This document shows, one piece after another, positions 10,157 through 19,407 of a stretch of 64,000 bases of DNA. The notes under the pieces are model-generated. The model worked only from the letters and a program-made list of their open reading frames with translations. It was not told the origin of the DNA and searched no databases. The position numbers and the translations under genes were made by a program. Position 1 is the stretch's first letter. Every line of letters starts with the position of its first letter. Origin of the DNA: a virus; the IMG/VR virus record IMGVR_UViG_3300050343_000277, positions 3,105-67,104 of that record. The stretch is one strand, 5' to 3'.

Positions 10157-10591
10157 TGAAAAAGAAAGAACTACTACAACGAATTGAAGATCTTGAGAGT
10201 AGACTTAATACTCAAGAGAAGCTGACTGTGAAAATGTCAAAAATTGTAGCTCTTTGTGTTACAGACCGACGAAAGTATAACTAATGAAACACTTGTCGTT
10301 TAAAAAGAAATACGCAGTAACAATGATCGTTGAATGTAGACCTAGTCTTGTTGATCATTTATTAGATGAATTTAACTCTACTGCTCAATATGAGAATGCG
10401 CAAATTGAAACATATTCCTTTGAAGAACTAAATGAATCTGAATTTAAATCTGACGATTGAAGATTATACAATTATTATTAATGCTCTCCACTACTACAAA
10501 AAAGTAGAGAAACGCGGCAATTTTAAACAATATAATACTGAACGTGTCAATGAACTAAGAGATAAGTTAAGCGAACAATTTATGAAAGCAT

Positions 10592-10819
10592 ATGAGTAAG
10601 AAAGCTAATGTAATATCAGCTAAAGGCGTGATATTTAAAGAGAGTGGCAATGGTTATTTCAATGTTGAACTAGAAGATCCTGAGGGGCATCGATGCTTGT
10701 GTCGTGCTTCAGGTAAACTAATTACACGGAAGATTCAACTATTAGTTGGAGACCGTGTCACTGTTGAACTAAGTCCCTTTGATTTAACAAGGGGACGCAT
10801 AACACTAAGAGAAAAATAA
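10592..10819 (+). CDS. infA: translation initiation factor IF-1 homologue
   Basis: GVI....NGYFNVELE..GH..LC.ASGKL....IQLLVGDRVTVELSPFDLTRGRI. Confidence 0.9.
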   Translation: MSKKANVISAKGVIFKESGNGYFNVELEDPEGHRCLCRASGKLITRKIQLLVGDRVTVELSPFDLTRGRITLREK

Positions 10820-10820
10820 A

Positions 10821-11261
10821 ATGACATTACTAGAACAAGCACGGCAATTCCGTGAAGTATTCCAACAAGAATCACTAGACAATATCTCCCGATATGGCTT
10901 CATTAAAAAGAAGCTGTGGGACATGCAAGTGGCACTCATCACTGAAGAAGCAAAGGAGTTTTTGGATGCATCTGACGAAGTCTTTGCTGACCCAGAGAAT
11001 CAAGAAACAAGGCACGAGCTTCTTAAAGAGTTATCCGACCTTGTCTTTGTGTGTTATCAGTTTGCTGCTGCTTTTAATCTTGATCTAGATAAAGCAATGG
11101 ACCTCGTAATGGAGTCCAATCTTAGTAAACTAGATGAACAAGGAAAAGCTATCTTCAGAGCCGATGGCAAGGTATTGAAAGGACCTAACTATCAACCACC
11201 TGACTTAGCTGAATGTTTCCCACGACCCACAATTATTGATTACGATACCCATGGAAAATAG
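10821..11261 (+). CDS. MazG-like/DR2231-type all-alpha NTP pyrophosphatase
   Basis: EEAKE, KELSDL, SNLSK and DGKVLKGPNYQPPDL motifs. Confidence 0.85.
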   Translation: MTLLEQARQFREVFQQESLDNISRYGFIKKKLWDMQVALITEEAKEFLDASDEVFADPENQETRHELLKELSDLVFVCYQFAAAFNLDLDKAMDLVMESNLSKLDEQGKAIFRADGKVLKGPNYQPPDLAECFPRPTIIDYDTHGK

Positions 11262-12672
11262 TCTCATTGCACGGACTGGCCGTGTTCAGAACTGGATTGA
11301 TAACCCTACTAGCCGATTGCCTGTTTCATGCACTGTCTTCGTCGTAGAAGACAGCATGGAAGGCCCTAACGGCATTGAAGCAAGTTGGCGCTATGTCAGC
11401 CATGGCTTGCGTTTTGGTGCAGGTGTAGCTGTTCACCTAAGCAAGTTGAGACCTGCTGGTGAAGACAACGGTAAAGGCTTAGTAGCTTCTGGTCCTGTCT
11501 CCTTCGGTAAGATTTATTCATGCCTAAATGAGCAGCTGCGGCGCGGTGGCGTATACAAAAATGGTGCAGTGGTTCTCCACCTAGATTTGTGTCACGCAGA
11601 CATCTTGGAGTTTATTGACACTCCACGTCATGAAATTCCATGGGCCAAACGATGCATCAATCTCAACGAAAAAATGTGGGAAGATGCTAATGAAGAAGTA
11701 CGTAATGCAATCCTCAAGGGGATCTCACGTGGAGATATTTGGCTAGCTAAAATTCGGAATGACGGAAAAGGCCAGCGTATCTACGCGAATGTATGTCTTG
11801 AAGTCTTCCTTAAGAGCCGTGGTACCTGCTTGCTTGAGCACATAAACCTTGGCGGCTGTAGGCCTGAAGACATTGTCGGTGCATTCTCAACAGGAATGAC
11901 TGAACTGATTGAGCTTCATGCAAAAACTGGTGTTGAGAAAACAGGCGAGTATCTTTCTCAAGAAGATGACCGTCAAGTGGGCTTAGGCATGCTCGGTCTC
12001 GCAAACCTTCTTGCACTGGAAGAGGTTAGCTATTCTCAATTTGCTGAAGCATTGAACCATCATCTGTATGCAGATGCTGATTATTTAGTGACTCCTGAAG
12101 CCCTTAAGATTGTAAAAGCACTTCAGGAAGGAATTGACGCTGCAGCAGCTATTGCAAAGTCCGCCAACATGGACCGAGCATTTGCAATTGCACCGACAGC
12201 TTCTTGCTCATATCGCTATAAGGACCGAGCAGGCTATACAACTGCACCCGAAATCGCACCACCGATCGGGCGTCAGGTTGATAGGGACAGCTCCACATTT
12301 GGCGTAGAACATTACGACTACGGCAACGTTGAGACAGCAGACCAAGTTGGTTGGGATGTCTATAAAAAAGTTGTCGATGGCATTATGGAAATGCTAATGC
12401 GTACAAATCTATGTCACGGCTACAGTTACAACACATGGAGCGATGTAATTACTTACACCGATCACTTTGTGGACGAGTGGCTGTCATCACCGCAAACAAG
12501 TATGTATTACTCACTTCAAGTAATGCAAAATACTCAAGCCAAAGATGATGCCATGGTTGCTTTAGATGATCAGTTTGATTTTGACTTCTCTGACATTAAT
12601 GAGACAGACGAATCAACACCTAATTACGACGTGTTCAACGACCCCACTATGTGTGTGGGTTGTGCAGAGTAA
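11251..12672 (+). CDS. nrdA: ribonucleotide reductase alpha subunit (short cyanophage type, no ATP cone)
   Basis: PVSC, NVCLE, RQVGLGMLGLA, AIAPTASCS, SMYY and C-terminal CVGCAE motifs. Confidence 0.92.
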   Translation: MENSLIARTGRVQNWIDNPTSRLPVSCTVFVVEDSMEGPNGIEASWRYVSHGLRFGAGVAVHLSKLRPAGEDNGKGLVASGPVSFGKIYSCLNEQLRRGGVYKNGAVVLHLDLCHADILEFIDTPRHEIPWAKRCINLNEKMWEDANEEVRNAILKGISRGDIWLAKIRNDGKGQRIYANVCLEVFLKSRGTCLLEHINLGGCRPEDIVGAFSTGMTELIELHAKTGVEKTGEYLSQEDDRQVGLGMLGLANLLALEEVSYSQFAEALNHHLYADADYLVTPEALKIVKALQEGIDAAAAIAKSANMDRAFAIAPTASCSYRYKDRAGYTTAPEIAPPIGRQVDRDSSTFGVEHYDYGNVETADQVGWDVYKKVVDGIMEMLMRTNLCHGYSYNTWSDVITYTDHFVDEWLSSPQTSMYYSLQVMQNTQAKDDAMVALDDQFDFDFSDINETDESTPNYDVFNDPTMCVGCAE

Positions 12673-12690
12673 ACCTAACAACATATTGAA

Positions 12691-13434
12691 ATGACCAAAG
12701 CAGCTACTAAATACATTCACCTTCATCAGCGCAAGCGTACATGGACCCCAGTTCAAGTATCTGCTGGTCAGCTATTAGCTGGCGGTGAAGAAGCAGTACA
12801 ACGAGCACTGGCTTTGCGAAGCCTAGAAATCCCAGTTGGAGATTTCATTTCGCAAGCTATGAAAGGCGAGTTGCCACAAGGCACTGAAGCTGAAGGCTGT
12901 AGAGAGCTGCTGTTATCTAACGTAAAGGATGAGGAAAAGCATGACATTGCCCTTAATTTCGCGGCTGAAGCACATAAGATCCCCGCTCAATTTGAGAAGG
13001 AAGCTGCTCGCATTACTAAAGCGTGGCTCGAACTTGACAGGCACCCTGTTCTCAAAGCAGTCGTGCTCGAACGGTCTGTGTTCTTCGTGCTCCTGCCCAT
13101 ATTCCGATTCCTCGGAGATACAGGATTACGCACCACTTCTGCAGATATTAGCCGGGACGAAACAACGCACGTCGCGGCGAACACAATCGTCTGCCAAGAG
13201 CTCGGTCTTAAGACTGACAAAGAGCTCGATAAGCTTAGAAGAGCTACGATTGCTTGGACTCTTCAATCCCTCAAAGGGGAAGCTGATCACAAACATCTCT
13301 CGTCAAACTTCTGGATGGGATGTTCGGATAGTCTCTACACATCAGGGAAAGCTGTCGGACTAGCTGACACTAGAGCTAGCAGAATGCCGGCGTTCTTTGA
13401 AACTGCCAACCAAAATTTACCCCAGTATGCCTGA
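12691..13434 (+). CDS. nrdB: ribonucleotide reductase beta subunit (ferritin-like)
   Basis: Two ExxH motifs (DEEKH, DETTH); directly follows nrdA. Confidence 0.85.
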   Translation: MTKAATKYIHLHQRKRTWTPVQVSAGQLLAGGEEAVQRALALRSLEIPVGDFISQAMKGELPQGTEAEGCRELLLSNVKDEEKHDIALNFAAEAHKIPAQFEKEAARITKAWLELDRHPVLKAVVLERSVFFVLLPIFRFLGDTGLRTTSADISRDETTHVAANTIVCQELGLKTDKELDKLRRATIAWTLQSLKGEADHKHLSSNFWMGCSDSLYTSGKAVGLADTRASRMPAFFETANQNLPQYA

Positions 13435-14150
13435 TGTCAAAACGGTCACAAGCTAAATCTAAAGCACAAGCTTATCAAAGCTATGGCGAGGCTAAACCTT
13501 ACGACATTCGTGATCGAGAAACGAATGCTAGAGGACGGTTTGATCCACGTTTTGACTTTCGACTTGATGAACCTAATGAAAAAACTACTCCTAGTCTTGC
13601 CGCTACTTCTACTCCTCCCCTTAACAGTGAGGCATTCAAGCCTGGGAAAGTAGAGACGCCTTTGGCTAAACCAGAGGCATCAATACAAGCACTAGCTGTA
13701 ATGGATACTGAGCCTCCTGAATTTAATCCTCTTAATGCACTGTATTACGGAGATAGTATTGCTACTGGCTTAGGTCACGGGGGTGCCCGTGGTAGTAACG
13801 ACAGTGATGCTATGTGGGGCAGAGGAGCTGCTGACACTCTTGCACTACTTAATAGTCGTCCTGACGGTACGTTCAAAGGTAAAGACGTTGTTCTCTCCTC
13901 TGGCGTGCTTAATAGTGGAGGCGATTGGGATACTGTTAGAGCTCAAGTACGTCTGTTACAAAACAGAGGTGCAAATTCTATTCGCCTTGTAGGTGCTCCA
14001 TCTAATAGTGAGCGCTTCGGTGGATACAACGACCAACTCTCATCTATCTCAGATGAACTAGGCATTACCTTCCTTGGTGGTTACACACCAGGAAATGACG
14101 GCGTTCACTTTTATTACCCCAGCTCACCCGTATATCGACCACTAAGATAA
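13434..14150 (+). CDS. SGNH/GDSL hydrolase-like domain protein
   Basis: YYGDSIATG, SSGVLN and DGVH blocks. Confidence 0.65.
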   Translation: MSKRSQAKSKAQAYQSYGEAKPYDIRDRETNARGRFDPRFDFRLDEPNEKTTPSLAATSTPPLNSEAFKPGKVETPLAKPEASIQALAVMDTEPPEFNPLNALYYGDSIATGLGHGGARGSNDSDAMWGRGAADTLALLNSRPDGTFKGKDVVLSSGVLNSGGDWDTVRAQVRLLQNRGANSIRLVGAPSNSERFGGYNDQLSSISDELGITFLGGYTPGNDGVHFYYPSSPVYRPLR

Positions 14151-14446
14151 TGCTTCAATTTACAGCTAAAGAATTAAATAAAATCCAAGTACACGCACAA
14201 GAAATAAACCCAGATCTATTTGACGACAAAGGTTTGCCAACTGACATCCATGTTGTTATGTATGTATTAGGAGGCAAGACTCTATATGACGCTGTACGTG
14301 GCTACACTAAGGTTGACATATTTGATGCCTACCACGACAAACTTAAACCACAAAACGGTAGTGTATTAGATATACGATCTGGCTACGGCAATGTACGCCC
14401 AAATCTATACGGAAAAATTAAAACAGGAGAAACAAATGATGATTGA
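14150..14446 (+). CDS. hypothetical protein
   Basis: 98-aa coupled ORF. Confidence 0.7.
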   Translation: MLQFTAKELNKIQVHAQEINPDLFDDKGLPTDIHVVMYVLGGKTLYDAVRGYTKVDIFDAYHDKLKPQNGSVLDIRSGYGNVRPNLYGKIKTGETNDD

Positions 14447-14636
14447 TTATGGAAGCAAAGAACATTACGCAGAAATGTTCTCTGATATTATTGCTGATGC
14501 TTCTTATGACGCACCTGATTATGGCGATAATTTAGTTGATGCTTTTAAAATTGCATTAGCATCATGGAGAAAATACCATGCAGAGCAAGTGCTTGAATTA
14601 GATCGGCTAACCGAAAAGCTAAATGAACAAAGCTGA
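14436..14636 (+). CDS. hypothetical protein
   Basis: MMIDYGSKEHY...; start placed at the ATG overlapping the previous ORF end. Confidence 0.6.
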   Translation: MMIDYGSKEHYAEMFSDIIADASYDAPDYGDNLVDAFKIALASWRKYHAEQVLELDRLTEKLNEQS

Positions 14637-14741
14637 TTACAAACAAAAGTTATTGAGCTATGTAGATAAGCAGCTAGACAAGCTGACAGTAAAACAGATA
14701 CGAGTTCTACTGTCTAGCTATGCAAAAGATTAAAGTTATAA

Positions 14742-15272
14742 TTAATACTTGAAACTGCTTTTATAACCTCCGCCGCTGCTACCGCTGTCGGAGCCGAAAT
14801 CCATTTCAAAACGAGCTGCAGCTTTACTTCCTGGTGCGAAGTTAGGTCGGGTACTATAGTCTTGCTCTACAACTGGATTACCACCACCAGTTTTCTGTGA
14901 GCGACCCCAATCAGGGTGGAACATCGCATGCACATGAGGCATGCCTTGAATCGATTCGGGCTGGTTTTCATAGTTTTCCATATCTGTTGCATATGCATCA
15001 GCCCCAGTTCCTGTGCCAAAGTCACTCTTATAATATTTATACTTAGCTTCATTAGCTGCTTTAGCTGCATTAGCTGCAGCTTCTTTATCTGATTTTTGTT
15101 TACTATACATACCAGGAATCATGTTTCTAGCTTTAGAACTATCATTTCTAAAATCTTGTTGCTTATTCGCATTAAAATCATTATTCGAAAAAGCATCACC
15201 AGCTTTTCTGAAACTGGATTTGGGCTTAGAAAAATCTTGATTGGAATTATATTCGGTAAGTTGTAAACCCAT
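14742..15272 (-). CDS. hypothetical protein, paralog of 15306..15974
   Basis: Shared MGL.LT, FRKAG, YKYY.SDFGTG.GA.AYA.DM and HPDWG.SQKTGGGNP blocks. Confidence 0.8.
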   Translation of the reverse strand: MGLQLTEYNSNQDFSKPKSSFRKAGDAFSNNDFNANKQQDFRNDSSKARNMIPGMYSKQKSDKEAAANAAKAANEAKYKYYKSDFGTGTGADAYATDMENYENQPESIQGMPHVHAMFHPDWGRSQKTGGGNPVVEQDYSTRPNFAPGSKAAARFEMDFGSDSGSSGGGYKSSFKY

Positions 15273-15305
15273 TTTTCAAACGTTTTATTTTATATTTATT
15301 GTAAC

Positions 15306-15974
15306 TCAATATCTGGAACTCTTAGTGCCATCAGATTTTGTAAACGCACCCCCCTTAGTTCTCATGTAATACCTATCAGAAGGTTTACTGTGATCTATTT
15401 TTTGAATTGGATTGCCACCACCAGTTTTTTGCGAAGCACCCCAATCAGGATGCATCATTTGAGCAATTAAACCCATTTTACCAGCAATAAGTGAATCCCC
15501 ATTATTCGTATCTACCATCCCTTGGTAGTTCTTCATGTCTTCTGCATAAGCTGATGCTCCTTGTCCAGTACCAAAATCACTTACATAGTATTTATATTGA
15601 TCTTCGTCATAAGTCCCTAACTCTGGAGTGGAACTAGGCTTTTGTTCAGATGCAGGTACCACAGGCTTATACACTTTGCTTCCTGAAGCATCCTTCCAAC
15701 CTGTATCTACCTTTTGACCAAGATCAGTTGAATTAGCTTTACTGATCTTCTTATCATCATCTTGATACATATCTGCAATCATAGAATTGCTTTGACTGCT
15801 ATCTGGTGTAAAACTCTTAGGTTCACTATCTGGTGTAAAACTCTTAGGTTCACTATCTGGTGTAAAACTCTTAGGTTCAAAAACTTCACCAGCTTTTCTA
15901 AAAGTAGATTTAGGTTCAAAATTAGGATCAAAAAAGTCTTGATTTTGATAAGAAGAGGTTAAGGTTAATCCCAT
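15306..15974 (-). CDS. hypothetical protein, paralog of 14742..15272
   Basis: Same shared blocks; contains EPKSFTPDS x3. Confidence 0.8.
   Translation of the reverse strand: MGLTLTSSYQNQDFFDPNFEPKSTFRKAGEVFEPKSFTPDSEPKSFTPDSEPKSFTPDSSQSNSMIADMYQDDDKKISKANSTDLGQKVDTGWKDASGSKVYKPVVPASEQKPSSTPELGTYDEDQYKYYVSDFGTGQGASAYAEDMKNYQGMVDTNNGDSLIAGKMGLIAQMMHPDWGASQKTGGGNPIQKIDHSKPSDRYYMRTKGGAFTKSDGTKSSRY
15799..15879. repeat. perfect 27-bp tandem repeat x3
   Basis: ctatctggtgtaaaactcttaggttca at 15799, 15826 and 15853. Confidence 0.95.
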
Positions 15975-16020
15975 TTTTAAAATATTTTACTTTATATTTA
16001 TTGTACCTCACAAAATTACC

Positions 16021-16656
16021 ATGCACAGCGCAAAGCTAGTCTGGATCACACCAGAAGCGGAAAAACTAATTGGAAAAATTGCAAGAGTTTCTAATCCTGC
16101 AAATGAAGATAATCCGAACGTAATCGGACTACTTAAATATCTCATAAAACATAAGCACTGGAGCCCATTTGAAATGGCATCTATGTGTGTAGAAATAGAA
16201 ACGACACGAGCAATTGCTCCTCAAATATTGAGGCATCGGTCATTTTCATTTCAGGAATTTAGTCAACGATACGCAGTCTCTACAGAATTTGAATTACCGC
16301 ATCTCCGCAGACAAGATGTTGTGAATCGGCAGAATTCTATTGATGATATTCCGCAATCAGTCAACGAAAACTTTGGTTCCGATATTGCTCATCATATGAG
16401 CGAGGGATTAAAACTATATCAACGTATGCTGGATGCAGGTATTGCTAAAGAATGTGCTCGTGCAGTACTACCGTTGAACACTAAGACACGACTGTATATG
16501 TCAGGAACTATCCGTAGTTGGCTACATTACATTGACTTACGTAGTTGGCATGGCACTCAATGGGAGCATACACAAATTGCACTTAATGCAATGGAAATTC
16601 TTCGACAACAGATGCCAACAGTTACAGAAGCAATGTGGCCAACATCCCACAATTAA
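16021..16656 (+). CDS. thyX: flavin-dependent thymidylate synthase
   Basis: HWSPFE, QILRHRSFSFQEFSQRY and KECARAVLP motifs. Confidence 0.97.
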   Translation: MHSAKLVWITPEAEKLIGKIARVSNPANEDNPNVIGLLKYLIKHKHWSPFEMASMCVEIETTRAIAPQILRHRSFSFQEFSQRYAVSTEFELPHLRRQDVVNRQNSIDDIPQSVNENFGSDIAHHMSEGLKLYQRMLDAGIAKECARAVLPLNTKTRLYMSGTIRSWLHYIDLRSWHGTQWEHTQIALNAMEILRQQMPTVTEAMWPTSHN

Positions 16657-16704
16657 CTATTAAACTGCGTAAGATTAAGACTGATAATATCTATATCGGT
16701 CTAA

Positions 16705-17364
16705 ATGAACTTTATTGCAGCAACCGTTGAATTCAAATCCCCAATTAATGATCCGATCAACGCTTACGGGTTGGACTATAGGGGTGCTGACGCTGTGGTG
16801 CCCGCTGGCAGCAGTGGATCAGAAGTTAAACTCAGGCTCCTCTGCTACGACAGAGCAGGGGCAAAACTTACAACGTTTCAAGACTGGAAGCCAGGAACAC
16901 GAGCTTTGATTACTGGCAACATTGTTTTCAGTGATGACACTTCAAAGCCTTTGGATTTAATTGTCACTACTATTGAAACTAATATTCCACAAGAAATGTA
17001 TTGTAATCAAGTAGTACTTGGCAATGCATTCTTCGGTAGCGATGAAATTAAAGAACGTCGGAATGGTACGGTCGCAGTCAAGATTGGAACAACGCTAGAC
17101 AACTCTAGTGTGACAACTTGGCTGTATCTTGAAGCGCATGAGTCACGACTTAAAAAGCTTACTGATCGTGTGCGTAAAGGTCGCGCTATTTGTGTACAAG
17201 GCTATATTCGTGAATATCGTAAAGATGATTCCGATAGTCCATATCGCGCCATCGTTGCAACTGATTTCAGCACACGTCAAGAACAACCGCGAAAGTCAAC
17301 TAATCCGCAATCAAGCGGGTCAGCAGCAGGATACACCGAAGTAGATCCAACACCTGACTATTGA
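16705..17364 (+). CDS. ssb: single-stranded DNA-binding protein (tandem OB-fold type)
   Basis: Two OB-like halves (GTRALITGNI, GRAICVQGYI) and an acidic tail. Confidence 0.6.
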   Translation: MNFIAATVEFKSPINDPINAYGLDYRGADAVVPAGSSGSEVKLRLLCYDRAGAKLTTFQDWKPGTRALITGNIVFSDDTSKPLDLIVTTIETNIPQEMYCNQVVLGNAFFGSDEIKERRNGTVAVKIGTTLDNSSVTTWLYLEAHESRLKKLTDRVRKGRAICVQGYIREYRKDDSDSPYRAIVATDFSTRQEQPRKSTNPQSSGSAAGYTEVDPTPDY

Positions 17365-17498
17365 AACTACTGCCGGCTAACACCGGCTTTTTTAATAGAT
17401 GCAAATGAAGCGATTAGAGACGCTTAAACGCTTCATTTAATGAGCTCACATTTGGTAATTATATATCTTACATTTGAAGTGTCTACTAATAATAAATA

Positions 17499-18239
17499 AT
17501 GACACTTCAAGTCCTACCTCCAGAATTACTGGAAACAAAAGATAAAATTGAAACTAAAGAAGCACAACCATACTGGAAACCTAGCTCACTTAAAGATGGA
17601 GAATCTGAAGAATTTCGCTTGCTCGGATGTTACGAAACCGGACATGCAATCACTGGATGGCAGTACGCATCAGAAATCAAAGATCCTAAGACCGGTGACC
17701 TCCGTTTTAATGGCTACGTCGTTACTAGGAGTCACCCTGGTTCTCCTGCTGACATTGCCCGTGAAACCGACTGGTCCAAACCAGATCGACCAAAAATCGA
17801 CGGAAGTTATGTCAAACCCCGTCGTTTCCTTGCATGGGTTGCTACCTCAGCAACACGTGGAAGATTAGAAGTTTTATTTATTGAGCAGAAATCTATCCGT
17901 GATCAACTTACAGAAGTACTTCAAGAGATTGAAGACTACACTTGGACAGAAGAAGGTCTGGCAAACTTTTCGGTTAAAATCAGCCGTAAGGGAGCTGGGC
18001 TGGAAACTACATATTCAATCCTTCCGAAGGTACGTAAAGTACCGGAAAAAATTATTAAAGAATGGCAGACCTCACGAGATAGTATTTGGCTACCCAACTT
18101 CTTTGAAGGAAAGGATCCTTTTGACGGACGTTCGACTGACGAAAAAGGTCTCCCTGCTGGCGGACAAGATAAGCGAGGCGCTGTAGTTGCGCCAACTGTA
18201 TCTAGCCAAGCACCAGAACAAGATAATACTGAATTTTAA
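17499..18239 (+). CDS. putative ssDNA-binding/annealing replication protein
   Basis: YWKP..LKDGE...FRLLG, ISRKGAGLETTY; acidic C-terminus; upstream of the exonuclease and primase. Confidence 0.5.
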   Translation: MTLQVLPPELLETKDKIETKEAQPYWKPSSLKDGESEEFRLLGCYETGHAITGWQYASEIKDPKTGDLRFNGYVVTRSHPGSPADIARETDWSKPDRPKIDGSYVKPRRFLAWVATSATRGRLEVLFIEQKSIRDQLTEVLQEIEDYTWTEEGLANFSVKISRKGAGLETTYSILPKVRKVPEKIIKEWQTSRDSIWLPNFFEGKDPFDGRSTDEKGLPAGGQDKRGAVVAPTVSSQAPEQDNTEF

Positions 18240-18241
18240 TC

Positions 18242-18634
18242 ATGACACAATCAACTCAACCAGAATCATCTGCACTGCAGAATTTGCCTCCTGAAATGCA
18301 AGCTCGTCTAGCACAAATTATGGCTGGACAAGTACCTGGAAATAATGCACCTGCAGCTCCTACGCAACCTGCGCCCGTTCCTGCCCAACGACCAATCGCT
18401 AAAGCACCATCATTGATGGATCACATCATTGCACTTCGACAAGAAGTCAATGAACTGAAACAGCAGCTTGACGCTAATTCAAATGTTGTAGACGCAGTGG
18501 GTCAAGCAGTGGGGACTTTGTACCAAATGTTTCAACCGTCACCCGAAAGCCATGCTCAAGGGCCGGAATTTAGCCAAGGCACAACGTATAGCCAAAACTT
18601 CTCACAAAGCGTAGATCAAGAATCAGACTATTGA
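18242..18634 (+). CDS. Gln/Pro-rich coiled-coil hypothetical protein
   Basis: 130-aa ORF. Confidence 0.7.
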   Translation: MTQSTQPESSALQNLPPEMQARLAQIMAGQVPGNNAPAAPTQPAPVPAQRPIAKAPSLMDHIIALRQEVNELKQQLDANSNVVDAVGQAVGTLYQMFQPSPESHAQGPEFSQGTTYSQNFSQSVDQESDY

Positions 18635-19407
18635 TGACAAATACCACAGCTAATGATAAGCCTTATCGTATACAAACGTCGGCAGGACACCGCAAATATC
18701 TATGTTCGGGTCTCTACATGCCGTCAGTCACGACCGTCCTTTCAGGTACTGAAAGTGAAAAGTCGAAAGCAGGCTTGCGGCAGTGGCAAGACAAAAACCC
18801 AGGTGCACTAGAAGCTGCTGCAACACGCGGCACTGCTATTCACCTTGGGTGTGAAAACTATCTACGTGGGTTGGACCCAGGAGTTCCTGAAGAATATCAA
18901 CCATTTTGGAATGGGTTATCCCAATACTTAGATTGGTTTGATACAATTCATTGGTCGGAGCGTCCGCTTCGCCAAGATTGGTATGACTTGCGTAGTGATG
19001 ATAAAGAAGTTGCATATGTCTGGAGTACAGAGCATATGTATGCAGGATGCCCTGATCTCATTGGAGAGATTGGTGGTGTAAAAGTAATTGCTGACTTCAA
19101 AACCAGCAATGGCCCATACTCCGCCTTTTCACCTGACAGAGGTGATCGTGTCGGATATGGCGGATGGAGAAAGTTCCAAAAGTGTGCGCAGCAGATGGCT
19201 GCATACCGATACGCATTGAACGAGCGTGTCGGGTTTCTTTGTGATGTGGCACTAATTTTGGTAGCTACTGAAGAGACAACTCAAGCGATTTTCATTGATG
19301 GAGACCAGCTTGAACTCTATGAATCACGCTTTTTAAAAAGAGCAAAAATGTTCCACGAACTTTATCCAGAGGATGACAATAATGAAGCTGCGGATTGCAG
19401 TTCATAA
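18634..19407 (+). CDS. PD-(D/E)XK family exonuclease
   Basis: PSVTTVLS, RGTAIH, YAGCPD, DFKTS and Q.AAY motifs. Confidence 0.88.
   Translation: MTNTTANDKPYRIQTSAGHRKYLCSGLYMPSVTTVLSGTESEKSKAGLRQWQDKNPGALEAAATRGTAIHLGCENYLRGLDPGVPEEYQPFWNGLSQYLDWFDTIHWSERPLRQDWYDLRSDDKEVAYVWSTEHMYAGCPDLIGEIGGVKVIADFKTSNGPYSAFSPDRGDRVGYGGWRKFQKCAQQMAAYRYALNERVGFLCDVALILVATEETTQAIFIDGDQLELYESRFLKRAKMFHELYPEDDNNEAADCSS

Noticed and set aside
15799-15879. 27-bp repeats as a CRISPR array
   Set aside because: Head-to-tail with no spacers, in frame within a CDS; no cas genes.
18634-19407. Cas4/CRISPR-associated nuclease
   Set aside because: No Fe-S cysteine cluster or array; ordinary phage replication exonuclease context.
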